DNA from: Deltaproteobacteria bacterium
Lineage (GTDB): Bacteria > Myxococcota > Kuafuiibacteriia > Kuafuiibacteriales > Kuafuiibacteriaceae
Reading direction: 5' to 3'
Length of the DNA stretch: 64,000 nucleotides
Assembly: GCA_020632995.1 (NCBI GenBank)
Contig: JACKEN010000008.1
Span: 114,064 to 178,063 of the forward strand
The notes beneath the pieces were generated by a model, which worked only from the letters and a program-made list of their open reading frames with translations, searched no databases and was not told the DNA's origin. The first letter of the stretch is position 1, and each line of letters starts with the position of its first letter. Both the position numbers and the translations under genes were made by a program. Below are positions 60,955 through 64,000 of the stretch, in pieces.

Positions 60955-63285
60955 ATGCGCGCCCGGGGCCTCCTCGCTCTTCTGTTGGTCACGGGGTGCT
61001 CGGAGCGGGGGCCCGACGGCTACGGGAAGGTGGCGGAGGGCATCTTCGCGCCCCTGGGCGAGGTCCTCCCCAGCGCCACGCCGGAGCAGCGCGCCACCTT
61101 CCAGCGCGGCCTGGAGACCTCCCAGCGCCGCTTCAAGGTCTCCGAGGGCCTCGGGCCCGCCTTCAACGTGACCTTCTGCGGTGCCTGCCACGAGCGGCCG
61201 ACGCCGGGTGGCAGCGCCGGCATGTACCGGACCTTCTCGATCTCGGGCTACCGCTTGGCCGACGGCGCTTTCGTGATGGGCGAGTCGGCTGGGGCGGCGG
61301 GCGGGGTGGTGCGCATCTACCACGCGGCGGGCGGCCAGGCCCGGCCCGCGGTGCCCGAGACCACCACCATCTTCGGCCAGCGGAACCCGATCCCGTTCTT
61401 CGGGGTGGGCCTGCTCGCCGAGCTGAGCAACGAGGAGATCCTCTCCCGCGCCGATCCGGACGACGAGGACGGGGACGGGATCAGCGGGCGACCCAACTGG
61501 GAGCGGGGCTTCGTCGGTCGCTTCGGGCGGAAGTCCCAGACCGCGTCGATCGAGGGCTTCATCCGCGGGCCGCTCTTCAACCACCTGGGCCTGACCACCG
61601 ACCCCCTGAGCGACGCCCAGCGGGCCGCGCTCCCGGTCGACAGCTCCTCGCGCGAGACGAGCCAGGGCGAGTTCGGCCTGTCGCAGGCCGCCTTGCGCAC
61701 CGCCCAGGCCGCGGTGCTCGACGACCAGCTCCTCGACGACGACGCCGCGCCGGACCCCGAGCTGAGCACCGACGACCTCTTCGACCTCGTGAGCTTCTCG
61801 ATGCTCCTCGCGGTGCCGTCGCTCGAGCCGCTCACCCCCGAGGGCGAGGCGGGGCGGCAGGTGTTCGAGGACGCGGGCTGCGGGGGCTGCCACGCCCCCC
61901 GGCTCGAGGGCCCGCGCGGGCCGCTGCCGGTGTACTCGGACCTCTTGCTGCACGACATGGGCGACGCCCTCGCCGACGACATCGATCAGGGCGAGGCGAG
62001 CGGGCGCGAGTTCCGCACCCAGCCCCTGTGGGGGGTGAGCGCGGTGGGGCCGTATCTGCACGACGGGCGGGCCGAGACCATGCTGCAAGCCATCCTGCTC
62101 CACGGGGGCGAGGCCCAGGCGGCGCGGGACCGGGTGGCGGCGCGCCCCGGGGCCGAGCAGGCCCAGCTGGTGGCGTTCCTGATGTCCCTGGGGGGCCGGG
62201 ACCAGTACAGCCCGGGCCTGGTGCCGATGGACGAGCCGGCGCCGGACTTCGGGGCCTGGGGCGGGCCGGTGCGGGCGATGTCGGGGCGAGAGGCCGCGCG
62301 CTTCGAGGCGGGGCGCCGGCTCTTCGATCGGGAGCGCGGACTCGCGAGCGGCCTGGGGGCACCGCGCTTCAACGGGGACTCGTGCCGGGCCTGCCACTTC
62401 GAGCCGGTGCTCGGCGGCGCGGGGCCGCTGGGGGTCAACGTGATGCGCCACGGCATCGCGAACGCCGAGGGGCGCTTCGTCCCCCCCGCGGTGGGGACCA
62501 TCCTGCACCGTGAGACCGCGCTCATCGGGCACGCCCCGGTGGCCCAGGCGGCGGCCAACGTGTTCGAGCCGCGCCAGACCCCGCACCTGTTCGGGCTGGG
62601 CCTCATCGACGCCCTGCCCGAGGCGGTGATCATGGCCAACGCAGATCCCGACGACGCGGTGAGCGCGGATGGGATCACCGGCCGCGTCTCGTACACCGAC
62701 GACGGGCGGGTGGGGCGCTTCGGCTGGAAGGCCCAGGTGCCGTCCCTCGCCGAGTTCGTGCGCGACGCGTTCGGGGCGGAGCTCGGGATGACGGTGGCCT
62801 ACCAACCTGGGCTCACCTTCGGGCGCCTGCACGACGAGGATGCGGTGGCCGACCCCGAGGTCCCGGTGGAGGAGGCGGAGCTGATGCGTGACTTCCTCGC
62901 AGCCCTCGGGCCCCCGCCGCGGGCGGAGGGAGATGTGCAGGCTGGCCTGCAGGTCTTCGAGGCCACCGGGTGCGCCGCGTGCCACATCCCGGCACTGGAA
63001 GGCCCGGGCGGCGCGGTGCCGCTGTTCTCGGACCTGCTCCTGCACGAGATCCTGCCGACCGACGCGTGGGGCGTGGAGGACACCTCGGCCAACATGCGCG
63101 AGTTCCGGACCGCGCCGCTGTGGGGCCTGAGGGAGACCGCGCCCTACTGGCACACCGGCGAGGCCGAGACGGTGGAGGCCGCCATCCTGCTCCACGAGGG
63201 CGAGGGTCGGGCGGCGCAGGACGCCTTTCGGAGCCTGAGCACGGTCGAGAAGGAGGCGCTCCTCGCCTTCCTGGGGACGCTGTGA
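60955..63285 (+). CDS. Internally duplicated di-heme oxidoredictase (DHOR-like) lipoprotein with four CxxCH motifs
   Basis: GLGPAFNVTFCGACH, GCGGCH, GLGAPRFNGDSCRACH, GCAACH; GRFG(R/W)K; FRT.PLWG..YLHDGRA twice in variant form. Confidence 0.85.
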   Translation: MRARGLLALLLVTGCSERGPDGYGKVAEGIFAPLGEVLPSATPEQRATFQRGLETSQRRFKVSEGLGPAFNVTFCGACHERPTPGGSAGMYRTFSISGYRLADGAFVMGESAGAAGGVVRIYHAAGGQARPAVPETTTIFGQRNPIPFFGVGLLAELSNEEILSRADPDDEDGDGISGRPNWERGFVGRFGRKSQTASIEGFIRGPLFNHLGLTTDPLSDAQRAALPVDSSSRETSQGEFGLSQAALRTAQAAVLDDQLLDDDAAPDPELSTDDLFDLVSFSMLLAVPSLEPLTPEGEAGRQVFEDAGCGGCHAPRLEGPRGPLPVYSDLLLHDMGDALADDIDQGEASGREFRTQPLWGVSAVGPYLHDGRAETMLQAILLHGGEAQAARDRVAARPGAEQAQLVAFLMSLGGRDQYSPGLVPMDEPAPDFGAWGGPVRAMSGREAARFEAGRRLFDRERGLASGLGAPRFNGDSCRACHFEPVLGGAGPLGVNVMRHGIANAEGRFVPPAVGTILHRETALIGHAPVAQAAANVFEPRQTPHLFGLGLIDALPEAVIMANADPDDAVSADGITGRVSYTDDGRVGRFGWKAQVPSLAEFVRDAFGAELGMTVAYQPGLTFGRLHDEDAVADPEVPVEEAELMRDFLAALGPPPRAEGDVQAGLQVFEATGCAACHIPALEGPGGAVPLFSDLLLHEILPTDAWGVEDTSANMREFRTAPLWGLRETAPYWHTGEAETVEAAILLHEGEGRAAQDAFRSLSTVEKEALLAFLGTL

Positions 63286-64000
63286 TGGCGCGCTGGCAGG
63301 CAGGCTTGCTGTTCTTGGGGCTGCTCGGGGCGGGCTGCCCCGGGCCCGAGCCCGATCCGCCACCGCCAGCGCCGGTGGATCCGGTGCACGACGCCCTGTC
63401 GCGACCGGTGACCCCGACCCTGGACCCGGCCGCCTTCGCCGGCGCCGTGGCCTGCCAGACCTGCCACCCCCAGCACTACGCCGAGTGGCAGACCTCGCGG
63501 CACGCCTACGCGATGCGGGACGAGGTGTTCCGGCGCCTGGTGGCGATCCGGCAGGCCGACTACGCAGGCGCCCAGGACCAGTTCTGCACCCAGTGCCACA
63601 GCGCCATCTGCGCGCGGGGCGGGGCCTGCGTGGACGGCTTCTCCTTCGACGCGCTGCCGCCGGTGGCCCTGGAGGGGGTGACCTGCGAGGCCTGCCACCG
63701 GGTCTCGGGCCTCGAGCGGCGGTACAACAGCGGCCACGTCCTGGATCCGGGCGGGCCCATGCGGGGCACGATCGAGGATCCGGCGACGAGCCCGTTTCAC
63801 GCCACCGAGTACTCGCCGCTGCACGCCACGTCGGAGTTCTGCGCGGGCTGCCACGACGTGATCGAGCTGTCGGGCCTCAACCTCGAGCGCCCCTTCGCGG
63901 AGTGGTCCGAGTCCCCCGCCGCGGGCACCACCGAGACCTGCCAGAGCTGCCACATGCCGACCCGGGAGGGGGTGGCGGCGGAGGGCGGGCCGCCCCGCAC
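63285..64000 (+). CDS. Multiheme c-type cytochrome lipoprotein (c554-like N-terminus), 3' truncated; not in the ORF track
   Basis: Manual translation from ATG 63285: lipobox LGAGC; CQTCH, CTQCH, CEACH, CAGCH, CQSCH; WQTSRHA motif. Confidence 0.9.
   Translation, partial: MARWQAGLLFLGLLGAGCPGPEPDPPPPAPVDPVHDALSRPVTPTLDPAAFAGAVACQTCHPQHYAEWQTSRHAYAMRDEVFRRLVAIRQADYAGAQDQFCTQCHSAICARGGACVDGFSFDALPPVALEGVTCEACHRVSGLERRYNSGHVLDPGGPMRGTIEDPATSPFHATEYSPLHATSEFCAGCHDVIELSGLNLERPFAEWSESPAAGTTETCQSCHMPTREGVAAEGGPPR

Overview
Very high-GC chromosomal window, most consistent with a Myxococcota-type bacterium (inferred from the Ser/Thr kinase-TPR pair, many Cys-rich lipoproteins and a sigma54 activator). 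About 44 real CDSs are supported; most other long ORFs in the track are antisense shadows. Housekeeping genes: aldehyde dehydrogenase-DUF779-AcoR-like activator, ClpA-type ATPase, coaBC, family-4 UDG, NfeD, cysD/cysN, glutathione peroxidase and mog. These are interleaved with accessory cell-envelope genes. No rRNA, tRNA, CRISPR array, transposase or integrase was seen. Best leads: (1) a tightly packed redox operon at 57.7-64 kb (two TlpA lipoproteins, an outer-membrane barrel ending in a Cys pair, an internally duplicated tetraheme DHOR protein and a multiheme cytochrome) opposite an orphan NrsF-like gene; (2) a compositionally atypical two-gene P-loop ATPase plus degenerate-NTPase/TPR module at 40.3-44 kb, a candidate conflict or defence system; (3) a LEA_2 lipoprotein, ABCG-like half transporter and GlyGly-tailed protein operon; (4) short dispersed palindromic repeats rich in GCGNAGC mini-hairpins; (5) a tandem gene duplication whose breakpoint lies in the 3' end of mog. 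All domain calls come from motif recognition by eye; no searches were run.
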